Shown piece after piece: positions 47,467 through 57,367 of a stretch of DNA of 64,000 nucleotides (positions are counted from its first letter, which is position 1; every line of letters starts with the position of its first letter). Origin of the DNA: a virus; IMG/VR virus record IMGVR_UViG_3300025816_000009, positions 17,412 to 81,411 of that record; one strand, written 5' to 3'. The notes below the pieces were generated by a model, which was not told the origin of the DNA, ran no database searches, and saw only the letters and a program-made list of their open reading frames with translations. A program made the position numbers and the translations under genes.

Positions 47467-50085
47467 ATGGCGAATAGCAAAGTCCCTCATCTAGTGGTTT
47501 CAGTATCTTACACCGAATATACAAATCCGGCGAGAGTTGTAATGAATCTCCGTCTCAAAAACTTGCAGAATGAAACTGTCAACTTAGATGTTCACGGTTG
47601 TGTTCCTAGGTTTTGGTCAGAGCAAATGATTCCGGGAAAAGAATCTCGATTTACTTCTATAACAGGAACGCCACTTTCAGAGATTCGAGTTTCGACGCCT
47701 CAAGAAATTATGGATGTTCGCGGAGATTATTATCCGCACTATTGCGCCGACGTTTCATTCAACCAATTATGCCGATGGATTTACGGTTGGACTACGGTTA
47801 TTGACGTCGATAGTCATGCCCTACAAGGGTCCTACAAATGCACCCCGAAAAACATCTCACCGAGTCAAGAAAATATTGATTCGTTCAAACTTGATGTGAT
47901 GTGGTTTGATATTGAAACCGAGGATTCTCTTGATACCGAGAACACTGATGGAAGAGTAGTCAGTATTGCCCTGTTGCGTCCCGATGGAGCGCATGAAATA
48001 GGCACGACAGTACCAACGTCAGCGAGACAGGTCAAACGCTTCCTACAGTCTCAAAAGGCATTAGAATCGGTTGTCGAACATACCGAGCCAATACCCGGAG
48101 TTGAGGGAGATGTACACGTTCAAAACTTTGACCACGTTGACCCGGACACGAATGAAGCCGCTTTGATGTGGTGGTTCAAACAGAGAATCGAAGAAATCAA
48201 CCCGGACGTTATTGCAGGTCAGAACATCAAGGATTACGATAATCCATATCTAATCAATAGGTGCAGAAATCAGAATAAGGCGATGGCTAGACATTACCAA
48301 CAAAGGCCACCGGAATATCATCGCTATCCAAACTTAGGTCCTGTAATCAGACACCGACTTCACTTTGATAGTAAGATTGCTTATGCAGAGCAAGTTCAAG
48401 GAGCGGCCACGACAACCGGCAGAGCAAGTTTGTCTTGGATGGCTACGAAAGAATTGGGATATGGTAAAGTTCCAAGAACTAGAATCACGGACTTGATGAA
48501 AGACCCGTTGATGTTGGCGGTGTACAACGCATGGGATAATGTGGTAGCGGAGCGGGTCTGTACGAAACTTGACTTAGTGAACTTCTATATGATTAAGACA
48601 GGATTTCATAATTCGACATTGAGATATTCTCACTCGAACATGATGCTAGTCGAGGATATGATGGGTCATCTTCTGATGGAAGAAAATGTAATCATGCCAT
48701 CCATCTCTGTAGTGAAAGAAAGAACGACCGGGATAATCGAGGAAGGTGGATTCGTGATGGATGCTCCGACCGGAGTTTGGAAGAATGCTTGCGAACTTGA
48801 CAATTCAATGGAATATCCATCCGCAATTATATCCGGGAACTTTTCACCCGATACCAAAGTTGATGTGCGAGATTATCCGGATGGCGAATATCCATTCCCG
48901 ATAACAATCACACCGGCAGGTCGAGTTTACAGAAGAGATTTCGAAGGCGTCATGCCGAGAGTTCTTCGAACCCTTGCTGAATTGAGAAGGAAAACACAGG
49001 CGCAAATGAGAGAAGCAAAGGCGGCAGGCAATCTGAAACTTGCCCACATTCTGAATCAGAAGCAGAGGGTTGCGAAGGAGAATATGAACTCGTGGTACGG
49101 AGTGTTAGGAAGTGGAGTCAGCGACAAAACAAAGAGTAGGCCGTTCAGAATGGTTGAACCTCAAATCGGTTCTGACATTACTCAAATAGCGAGGCTTCAC
49201 AATGATTGGAATAAGAATTGGATTAACGAAGCACATCTGACATTTACAAAAGAAGGAATTGAACCTCACAATCCGGATGAAGGATTCACTTTGAACTTTG
49301 AAGTTCTGTATCAAGATACTGACTCCTGTAAAGTTTCGATTCAGAATCATGACGAGGCCGAGCAGACAATTCGACCATTCACCGAAAAAGATGTCGTGGC
49401 AATAGCGAATCAATTGTGTATTGAACTCAATAGCACCTACGATGATTTCGTGTACAAGTTTTTGAGCATTCCGAAGAACGAATATTTCTTGGTAAAACCC
49501 GATGCCTACTACGAGCGATATTTTTCATGGGGCGTCAAAAAGAGATATGCGTATCAAGAGTTTGACGGCAAGCAGAGTTTCCGAGGCGTAGAGATGAGAC
49601 GGTCATCCGCTCCGCAAATAGTGAAGACAGCACAGGCACAAGTTTTCGACGCTATTCTAAACGGATGCAATAAAAAAGAACTGAATAATTTACTAAGACA
49701 GATTCATTCTGATTTGATGGACGAAGAGAAAACTCCGAGTATTGATTTTGGAACACCGATGGGAATTAAGAAACCGGGAACTCAACAATACAAAGCGGCG
49801 ATGTGGAGCAATCGTCATCTCGGTCTTAACTTTGACATCGGAGATAAGCCGGTGATTTATCACGCCAAAGACACGAGGGCGGGTTTGCCTAGCAATCGTG
49901 TGGTTGCCTTAGAATATTCAGAGAGGCCGGAAGACCATGGCGTTTCAGTCGATAGAAAGAAATCATTCGAGAAACATTTCACGAACTCTAATTCTTGGAT
50001 TGCGATTCTGAATGCTTTCAATACTTCATGGGGTCATGCACTATCCGGAATGAGTCATGACAGTTTTGAGGAATGGTTCAAATGA
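47467..50085 (+). CDS. polB: Family B DNA polymerase
   Basis: FDIET, N...YD, YNAWD exonuclease motifs; DNSMEYPS, K..MNSWYG, YQDTDS, KKRY. Confidence 0.95.
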   Translation: MANSKVPHLVVSVSYTEYTNPARVVMNLRLKNLQNETVNLDVHGCVPRFWSEQMIPGKESRFTSITGTPLSEIRVSTPQEIMDVRGDYYPHYCADVSFNQLCRWIYGWTTVIDVDSHALQGSYKCTPKNISPSQENIDSFKLDVMWFDIETEDSLDTENTDGRVVSIALLRPDGAHEIGTTVPTSARQVKRFLQSQKALESVVEHTEPIPGVEGDVHVQNFDHVDPDTNEAALMWWFKQRIEEINPDVIAGQNIKDYDNPYLINRCRNQNKAMARHYQQRPPEYHRYPNLGPVIRHRLHFDSKIAYAEQVQGAATTTGRASLSWMATKELGYGKVPRTRITDLMKDPLMLAVYNAWDNVVAERVCTKLDLVNFYMIKTGFHNSTLRYSHSNMMLVEDMMGHLLMEENVIMPSISVVKERTTGIIEEGGFVMDAPTGVWKNACELDNSMEYPSAIISGNFSPDTKVDVRDYPDGEYPFPITITPAGRVYRRDFEGVMPRVLRTLAELRRKTQAQMREAKAAGNLKLAHILNQKQRVAKENMNSWYGVLGSGVSDKTKSRPFRMVEPQIGSDITQIARLHNDWNKNWINEAHLTFTKEGIEPHNPDEGFTLNFEVLYQDTDSCKVSIQNHDEAEQTIRPFTEKDVVAIANQLCIELNSTYDDFVYKFLSIPKNEYFLVKPDAYYERYFSWGVKKRYAYQEFDGKQSFRGVEMRRSSAPQIVKTAQAQVFDAILNGCNKKELNNLLRQIHSDLMDEEKTPSIDFGTPMGIKKPGTQQYKAAMWSNRHLGLNFDIGDKPVIYHAKDTRAGLPSNRVVALEYSERPEDHGVSVDRKKSFEKHFTNSNSWIAILNAFNTSWGHALSGMSHDSFEEWFK

Positions 50086-50552
50086 CTGACAAGTCAGCGG
50101 CGACAAAGATTTGGGATGTGCTTTCAAACGAGCCATTCAATTATTCATTCATACAAGTTCGACATTGTTTCGAGACATTCATCGGAACTGACATTCCGGG
50201 TTTCGACAATTGTGTTTATCAAAAAAAGAAAGCCGCCAAGCGCACATGGGAAAAGCCTGCGGAAATATGTGCAGTTCTTTCGATACGAGCCGGTGATAGA
50301 GAATTATCAAGCCGGCTCTTGCTTCAAGAAGTTTGGAAAAATTATCCGGACGGTCAACCGGATTGTGATTGGATATGTTCGAAACTTGCCGTTGACAAAC
50401 TCGCGGCGGCTATGGAACTCAATAGGCGACAACATGATGCTCTTAGATTTGCAGTTTCGGAAAAAGTTAAGATTGAACAATTGAGTATGGTGGAAAAGGA
50501 ATGGGATGACCGAATGATTACGTCATATTTGAAACTCAAGAAATTGATATAA
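50073..50552 (+). CDS. Hypothetical protein
   Basis: Coupled to polB. Confidence 0.55.
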   Translation: MVQMTDKSAATKIWDVLSNEPFNYSFIQVRHCFETFIGTDIPGFDNCVYQKKKAAKRTWEKPAEICAVLSIRAGDRELSSRLLLQEVWKNYPDGQPDCDWICSKLAVDKLAAAMELNRRQHDALRFAVSEKVKIEQLSMVEKEWDDRMITSYLKLKKLI

Positions 50553-50736
50553 CGAGACATTGATAGACCGATACATTGATAAGTAAAGATGCACAGGACA
50601 GGATAAGAGGTGAGCCACGAGGACTGACATGAGAATATTGAGAAAGTGAGTGATTGAGAAATCAAAACATTCATAAGTAATGATGGACTCGTTCAGCCCG
50701 AAGGGTATAGCCCGAAAAAAACGGAGAGAAAAAAAT

Positions 50737-51924
50737 ATGCAACTAGAAGATGCGATGAGAGATACAGTGAGAAGTGCAGGTGGTAGGATTTCAGAGACGG
50801 ATTACGTCAATGGTATTCTTGCTACTCTACACGCAGACGGAGCGCAAACAACCGAGACGTCTGTAAGAGCGAACGCCTTTGCTAAAGGTAGAATGGATAA
50901 AGCAGGGGTCATAAGAGTTTCAGTGGGCGCGGGTAATACTGCGATAAAAGAGATATGGACTCAAAAAATGGCTAACGATATGATGACAGGAAACATGGCT
51001 AACATCAGCGGTGGAAGCGCGGTTTCGTCAGTACAAACATCACAGACGCCTACATCAACTAAAGTTTGGTTAGGAATCCCTTACCAAAACCAAGAAGAAT
51101 TATCAGAAGCGGCTTTAGCATTAGTGCCTAAAGTAGCACCCGGATTTATTTCATCACCTAACGATGAACTTGGTGGAATGGCTGACGCTTTCTTAGAAGG
51201 TGAACACATGATTTTCGAAGGACCTAAAGGATGCGGTAAAACTATCGCAGTCGCTCAATTCTGTTTCCACACAGGACTTCCAATGTACAGATTCAATTGT
51301 TCAGAAGGAATTACAGAAGACGACTTGGTTGGTTCAAAAGAAGCAATCGACGGCAACACAGTATGGGTTGACGGTATCATTCCTCGTTGGGCTAAGACAG
51401 GCGGAATCCTGTTTGCTGATGAGTTCAATGGCGCTTCACCTTCTGTTATGCTATGGATGCACATGGGAATGGATTCCGGAACTATCGTTCTTCCAACAGG
51501 CGAGAAAATCGACCTTCACCCAACTTGCAGAGTAGTAGCGGCAATCAACCCGCCGGAAGATTATGCGGGGCTTGAAGAATTAAACGAGGCTACTCGTGAT
51601 AGATATGCTCTAGGATTAGAGTTCGATTACCTGCCTGCTTCCGATGAGCAGAATGTAATCATGGACCAATCCGGCAACTTCGAATCACAATTGGCTCGAG
51701 AGATTGTTCAACTAGCAAACGACTTGCGTCGAATGAAGAAAGATAGAACTCTTTCTCGCGATACATCAACTCGTTCTCTAGTACAAATCATGAAACTTGC
51801 TAAGAGACAGAATCAAGAAAAAGCGGTTGAAAGAGCGCTTATCTCAAAGTTCGACAGAATGGAGAGAGACACGGTGCGTACTGCTTGCAGAGCGCGTCTC
51901 TCAAACTTCGGAATAGTTCAGTAA
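50737..51924 (+). CDS. MoxR/CbbQ/CobS-like AAA+ ATPase
   Basis: GPKGCGKT, DLVG, WVDG, FADEFN, AAINP, LNEATRDR. Confidence 0.88.
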   Translation: MQLEDAMRDTVRSAGGRISETDYVNGILATLHADGAQTTETSVRANAFAKGRMDKAGVIRVSVGAGNTAIKEIWTQKMANDMMTGNMANISGGSAVSSVQTSQTPTSTKVWLGIPYQNQEELSEAALALVPKVAPGFISSPNDELGGMADAFLEGEHMIFEGPKGCGKTIAVAQFCFHTGLPMYRFNCSEGITEDDLVGSKEAIDGNTVWVDGIIPRWAKTGGILFADEFNGASPSVMLWMHMGMDSGTIVLPTGEKIDLHPTCRVVAAINPPEDYAGLEELNEATRDRYALGLEFDYLPASDEQNVIMDQSGNFESQLAREIVQLANDLRRMKKDRTLSRDTSTRSLVQIMKLAKRQNQEKAVERALISKFDRMERDTVRTACRARLSNFGIVQ

Positions 51925-52019
51925 GATTCCCAATCCGGGGGTCGGCTTGAGGTTGGGAATTACTCTCCATGCGCCGACTCCCACCTACCTTTCATAAAGG
52001 TGGGAATTGAGGATTCATC

Positions 52020-52178
52020 ATGAACGACGAGAGGTTGACGGAAATCATAAGACAATTACAATACAGAATAGAAGTTCTTGAAGAAACTTTAGACAGAATA
52101 CATAACTCAACGAACAGGCAGAATGTAAGAAGAGACAGGATGCAGAAGAGGATTGATTCTGAATGGCTGAAAGAATAA
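52020..52178 (+). CDS. Small coiled-coil protein (52 aa, not in track)
   Basis: MNDERLTEIIRQLQYRIEVLEETLDRI...; class-M promoter upstream. Confidence 0.55.
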   Translation: MNDERLTEIIRQLQYRIEVLEETLDRIHNSTNRQNVRRDRMQKRIDSEWLKE

Positions 52179-53008
52179 GCGATTTGTATATTCGCAAATC
52201 CACGCTTGACCCTTTACTTTCTTGGTTGGAAGGTTGGAACTCTCCGACTGCTCCCGAAGCACATCCGTTCATCATAGTTGGCGAAAGTGGATGGGGGAAA
52301 TCAACAATCTCAAAACTTGCGGCAGAGGCTACAGGATTTCATCCGACAATTAGCGAGGCAGGTTTCAGAGATAAGAACCAACTCAAAAAATGGTTCGGAC
52401 AAGTTCGAAGTCTTTCATTCGAAGGGCTGACTAGATTGGCAATTTTAGATGACGCAAGTTTTTTGAAGAAGGCCGAATGGAATTATATTGCTGACCAAAT
52501 CAAAACGAAAGCATTTCCTCTCGTGATATGCGCTCAAACCGAGGCAGATATTCCATGGCCGATTCGTCGGGGTTCACCCAAACTCAAACTTGAGCGACCC
52601 AAACTCGAATCTGTTGTGAAGTATTTGCAGACTATCGAGCCGAATAGGAATGACCTTGGAATCATAGCGAAAGCCGCATCAAGTTTCAGAGCCGCAAAAT
52701 TACTTTTACAAACCACACCCGAAAACTTGAATCCGGAAGCAAGTCCGAGAATCCCATCGCGAACAGGATTTGCAGAAGTACAAGCGATTTTGTCCGGTAA
52801 TTATCCGGCTTTGATTTTCGATTCGCATCCACTTTCGATTTTACAGACGGCACATCACAACGGAGCAAGTCCGACCGACATTTCGAGAGGGATAGTTCTC
52901 CAAGGAATGTCATGGAAACACGAGGGATTGACGCCAATAGCCTCGGCTTATCTCTGTTCACTACGCACAAAAACTTGTGCCAAACCGCCATTTAGGAAGA
53001 GGAAATAA
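52163..53008 (+). CDS. Divergent RFC large subunit-like clamp loader
   Basis: LLSWLEGW, GESGWGKS, AILDDA, PLVIC. Confidence 0.65.
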   Translation: MAERISDLYIRKSTLDPLLSWLEGWNSPTAPEAHPFIIVGESGWGKSTISKLAAEATGFHPTISEAGFRDKNQLKKWFGQVRSLSFEGLTRLAILDDASFLKKAEWNYIADQIKTKAFPLVICAQTEADIPWPIRRGSPKLKLERPKLESVVKYLQTIEPNRNDLGIIAKAASSFRAAKLLLQTTPENLNPEASPRIPSRTGFAEVQAILSGNYPALIFDSHPLSILQTAHHNGASPTDISRGIVLQGMSWKHEGLTPIASAYLCSLRTKTCAKPPFRKRK

Positions 53009-53114
53009 TGTTCATTGATAAATCGGAATATTGCTACATCGAAACCTTTATAGGTGATGCTTCACTCGTTAGTACCGTAGGGTATAGCCCGACAGACATA
53101 CCGGAGATAAAAAC

Positions 53115-55283
53115 ATGGAACAATTAATTGAGACATCGAAGAAGGCATCACAGGGTGCGCTTGACAGGCAAATGCAACGCAGATTTTTACACGTCGCTAG
53201 AATCATGAGTGGCGAACTTGACGGGTTCGGTGCTAAGGTTTCTAAGATTGACATCAACGACCAAAACCGCGCTTGCACTGATGGAAAATTAGTTTCAATT
53301 CCTTCTGACTTAGATGCAGACCCTCGCATCAATCTAATAATGCAAGAAGCAGTATTGGCTCACGAGGTTGCAGGGCATCACCGATATACGGATTTCGTCG
53401 CATGGAATAATCTAGTCGTTCAAGAATCAAAGGCAGGTCGATGCGACCCTATGCTTCACGACTTTACAAACATAATCGAGGACGCAAGAATCAACCACTT
53501 GCTCTCTCAAGATTTCCCGGGTAGTGGGAAGAGAATGGATTTCACTCACGACATTTTCATGGGTCGCCATCAGAGTAAAACTGACGAGAACGCATCTTTG
53601 AAGCAACAGGCTATGGTCGCAATCATGTCAGAGTGCATCGCTCACAAACCACATTGGTCAACTGCTCCCGAAGTTATCGACTTCATGGATGAGGCTCGTC
53701 CAATCTTGACAAACGCAATCCGCCAACCGGACACAACTGCGGTTGTAAAACAAGCAAAGCGCTTGATAAAATTATTCAGAACCGCATTCCCGGAAGACGA
53801 TAACGAACTTGACCCGACCATGGGCGACTTCGATATGTCCGGAGAATCAGAATCACAATCAGAAGTTGAACAGGCGGCTCGTGAACAACAGAACCAAGGA
53901 CGCAACCCCGAGAGAGTTTCAAAGAACAGATTCGATGAGATGCCTTCGCTAGAAGAACAGGCAGAAAAAGAAGCGGCTAAGAACGCTAAGAGCGAAGCAC
54001 AGGGCGAAGAGAGCGAGGAATGTGATTCAGATTCCGGCGATGCCGGGTCAGAAGGCGAAGAAGCAGAAGGCGACGGCGACGGCGACGAGAGTGGAGCAGG
54101 TGGGCTTGACAGCGATTCAGATTCAGATTCAGATTCAGATTCCGACGGTGAAGGCGAAGGCGATGCAGATACAGCAGGCGGCGACGCAGAAGCAAATCAA
54201 GGAAACGGAGACGAAGTAAATATCCCTAACGACGGTGAACATGAGTCAGAACTTTTCGAAGGCGGACGAGATTACAATCCGGAAGGAGATGCAGACTCAA
54301 TGACTGAACTCAAAGAACACTACGCGAACTTGATTGCAGATGCTCACAACGAGATGATGTCTATGAACGACGCGGCAATCGAAGATGAGGTTTCTTTGAA
54401 AGAAGATGCAGAGAGAGCAATCGACTCTGTTGGTACTGAAAAAATTAGAATCGAAGGACACGCTATCGAAATCGTAGCGGGTGCATCCGATATGTTCCAT
54501 CACGATTATGACTATCACAGAATGGCGCTTGACAACGGTCTTCAAACATACGATTCAGCAAAACTTGAGAACAACCAAGGAATCAGAATCTTGTCCGAGG
54601 AAATCAAGAGACAATTGAAAGGACGTAATTCACGAAACCAAACCGGCTTGAAGAGAGGTCGTGTAAACAACAAAGACATTTGGAAGGTTAACCAAACCGG
54701 AGCAAAGATGTTCAAGAAGAAGTTAATCCCGAAGAAGGTTGAGGCATCAGCAATCATCTTGATTGACTCGTCCGGTTCTATGGGCGGCACAAAAGCGACT
54801 TGTGCGGCTAAGGCGGCGGTTGTGTTTTCAGAAGTTATGGAAACTTGTGGCGTTGACTTCGAAGTAATCGACTTCTCAACTTCTTACGGTTCTTCTCTAA
54901 GAGTTAGAAAACCATTAGGCGGACGCCTCGGAGCAACTGAAAAATCTGTTATCGCTTCACCAACAGCAGGCGGATGCAACGCTGACGGATATTGTGTACA
55001 GTGGGCAATCGACCGCTTGATGGCTCGTAGTGGTAGTAAAATGTTATTCGTTCTTTCAGACGGTCAACCAACAGACGGCGGACCTTCCGGAATGGATGCG
55101 TCAGAATGGTTGAAAAAAGTAGTTCGAAACTGCCCGAAGGAAATCGCAACTGTTGGGGTTGGAATCCAATCAAACGCAGTTTCTCGATACTATCCTAACC
55201 ACGTAGTAATCCAAAACCCGAACGAACTACCGGATAAGATGATTCCAATCATGCGCCCAATGTTGAAGAGGATGGTTCAGTAA
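53115..55283 (+). CDS. CobT-like VWA protein with N-terminal HExxH-like domain and acidic linker
   Basis: ACTDG, AHEVAGH, NIIEDARIN; LIDSSGSM and LSDGQP MIDAS. Confidence 0.85.
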   Translation: MEQLIETSKKASQGALDRQMQRRFLHVARIMSGELDGFGAKVSKIDINDQNRACTDGKLVSIPSDLDADPRINLIMQEAVLAHEVAGHHRYTDFVAWNNLVVQESKAGRCDPMLHDFTNIIEDARINHLLSQDFPGSGKRMDFTHDIFMGRHQSKTDENASLKQQAMVAIMSECIAHKPHWSTAPEVIDFMDEARPILTNAIRQPDTTAVVKQAKRLIKLFRTAFPEDDNELDPTMGDFDMSGESESQSEVEQAAREQQNQGRNPERVSKNRFDEMPSLEEQAEKEAAKNAKSEAQGEESEECDSDSGDAGSEGEEAEGDGDGDESGAGGLDSDSDSDSDSDSDGEGEGDADTAGGDAEANQGNGDEVNIPNDGEHESELFEGGRDYNPEGDADSMTELKEHYANLIADAHNEMMSMNDAAIEDEVSLKEDAERAIDSVGTEKIRIEGHAIEIVAGASDMFHHDYDYHRMALDNGLQTYDSAKLENNQGIRILSEEIKRQLKGRNSRNQTGLKRGRVNNKDIWKVNQTGAKMFKKKLIPKKVEASAIILIDSSGSMGGTKATCAAKAAVVFSEVMETCGVDFEVIDFSTSYGSSLRVRKPLGGRLGATEKSVIASPTAGGCNADGYCVQWAIDRLMARSGSKMLFVLSDGQPTDGGPSGMDASEWLKKVVRNCPKEIATVGVGIQSNAVSRYYPNHVVIQNPNELPDKMIPIMRPMLKRMVQ

Positions 55284-56852
55284 ATGCCTTGGGCTTCGCC
55301 TGCTCCAATGTTGGAGCAGTTTGTTGGGACTTTCACAAAGCCCGGCGCGAAGCGTATTGAGAAATTAGAATACCGAAAAAAGAAAATTGACATCGTAGAT
55401 GATTATCGCTTGAGATGGCGAGATACAGTTCGAAAAGGAAAATATCAGAACGGCGCAGGTTGGTTGACTTCATTGGGTCAAGATGATATGCAGTTTTTTA
55501 TTGACGAAGGAAGGAAACTTGTTGACGATTGTCCTAAAGCAAACTTGGATGGCTACTTTTCATCTCCGCTAAGATTGGTTCGCTCTAAGAAAAATGTGAG
55601 CGATAATTTTCCGTATGGAATATCTCCGCGCTTGATTAACATCGTTGATTATATTACTACCAATTCTAAGAAATGGGAATCCGGTTGGATGAAACATTTT
55701 TCTTATTCATATCCTAAAGGTTTCGAAGATGATTGTTTTCACAATAGAACTGATAAACGCCAATGCGGTTTGTATGAAGTGTTCAGAGTCATAACTACAG
55801 ACAACGACAACGCATATTGCATTCGGCAATTATACTCGATGGGTGTCGGCTTGAAATCAGTTATGAAAGAAAATCATCAACTGAATGCCGAACTTGCTCG
55901 GCTTGTTAACGGTCGTGGTTATAATTTTCATCCGGAAGCCAAAATAGACGACGTTTGTAATTTACACCTTTTAGAAACTGATACTGTCGGTCTAAGGTCA
56001 GCCCCATTTATTTATCCGGGTTTAGTAAAACCAAATGGCGTTCGCTCTGTATTCAAGAACTTGAAAGAGAAGATGATGAATGAGTTTCCGTTGGAAGATT
56101 TCGAGGAAGAAAACTTGTCAGAAGGTCAAGATTTGTTCGCTATTCCACTCAATTTGATTACAATGAAAACAGGAGATATGTCGCCAATCGCGATAAGAAA
56201 ACAGAAGGTTGACTTTGGCGATTATATTTGTTTAATTGGCGATATTGAAAATGAAGGATATGAAATAGGCGTTTCAACTAAGCAGAGAGTTGACAGAAGA
56301 GTTCACGACGTTGTGATTTCTCCGACTCGAGATAGTGGCTTTATTCATTTGAGTCAAATGGACGGTGCGTTCGGTACTAACCGTAAATCACATTTACAAA
56401 AAGAGAGTCTGAACTTTTATTCCAAAGAAGCAATCGAGAGAGAAAGATTGTCGGGCGGAAGCCTGCCTTCTAAACCTACTCGAGTAATGGAAAATATGAC
56501 AGCAGAAGAAATGGTGAATATGATGACAGGAATAAGTGTAGCAGATGCCGAAGGAATGGATATTGGGAAGACAACAGAGGACATAACTGACCCGAATAGT
56601 CCGATAAAAATAGAGTTCATTCCGACTTGGAAGGACAACAGGAAAACGATTGAGATAAAGAAAGGAAGTGCATTTTCAGATTATGTGAGATGTTATGTAT
56701 GCAATCAAAAATATCTGATTAGTTTGCCTGCGAATAACAAAATAGAAGAAATGAAATGTACCGTTTGCCCGGCGACCGATGGGTTAAAGGTGGGTCATCT
56801 AGTCGAAGGAAACCCGGGAATAGTGGTCAGTGGTTCGCGCCCATACAGATAG
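55284..56852 (+). CDS. Hypothetical protein with C-terminal Zn ribbon
   Basis: CYVC...CTVC. Confidence 0.6.
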   Translation: MPWASPAPMLEQFVGTFTKPGAKRIEKLEYRKKKIDIVDDYRLRWRDTVRKGKYQNGAGWLTSLGQDDMQFFIDEGRKLVDDCPKANLDGYFSSPLRLVRSKKNVSDNFPYGISPRLINIVDYITTNSKKWESGWMKHFSYSYPKGFEDDCFHNRTDKRQCGLYEVFRVITTDNDNAYCIRQLYSMGVGLKSVMKENHQLNAELARLVNGRGYNFHPEAKIDDVCNLHLLETDTVGLRSAPFIYPGLVKPNGVRSVFKNLKEKMMNEFPLEDFEEENLSEGQDLFAIPLNLITMKTGDMSPIAIRKQKVDFGDYICLIGDIENEGYEIGVSTKQRVDRRVHDVVISPTRDSGFIHLSQMDGAFGTNRKSHLQKESLNFYSKEAIERERLSGGSLPSKPTRVMENMTAEEMVNMMTGISVADAEGMDIGKTTEDITDPNSPIKIEFIPTWKDNRKTIEIKKGSAFSDYVRCYVCNQKYLISLPANNKIEEMKCTVCPATDGLKVGHLVEGNPGIVVSGSRPYR

Positions 56853-56878
56853 AAAATAAGGAAAAGGAAGTAGTAAAT

Positions 56879-57322
56879 ATGCCGAAAAAAATACCGAAGC
56901 AATTAAGGAAATCAATAATGAAAGCCCTAGTAAACTCAACAGAACCGTTGAGCGCCACTAACATATCTGAAAGATTGGAAGCAGATAAAGAACTCCCCCA
57001 ATCTATGAAGAAACCACCGAGACAATTTACTTTCACGATGAAGCAATTTGCTCGAGAAGTAGGAATGATTCAATCTCATGTCATGGCTTCAAATGGAATC
57101 AGTCGCCATGGTTCGCCAAGAGTTAGAATTGGATATGCTTTACCGAGGTCAACAACATTAGCAGAAGCAGTCGAGGCCGCCGGTGTTATCGAGAAGCCAA
57201 ACAAAGAATCGAGATTGATAACAGTCAGAATGTCTCTAACTAAGATTTCCGAACTTGAAGCAAAGTACCCGGGATTAACTATCGAAGAGATATTATTAAT
57301 GCCTCTTGAAACCGTAGAATGA
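56879..57322 (+). CDS. Winged-helix DNA-binding protein
   Basis: IMKALVNSTEPLSATNISERL. Confidence 0.55.
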   Translation: MPKKIPKQLRKSIMKALVNSTEPLSATNISERLEADKELPQSMKKPPRQFTFTMKQFAREVGMIQSHVMASNGISRHGSPRVRIGYALPRSTTLAEAVEAAGVIEKPNKESRLITVRMSLTKISELEAKYPGLTIEEILLMPLETVE

Positions 57323-57367
57323 TTTCATGCCCAACGGACAAAGACCATAAGTTCTCGCTGACGAGGT

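Noticed and set aside
54111-54142. GATTCA tandem repeat
   Set aside because: Encodes the Asp-Ser linker of the VWA protein; in-frame low complexity only
50737-55283. CobS/CobT as cobalamin-synthesis auxiliary genes
   Set aside because: No CobN; generic viral MoxR-VWA pair
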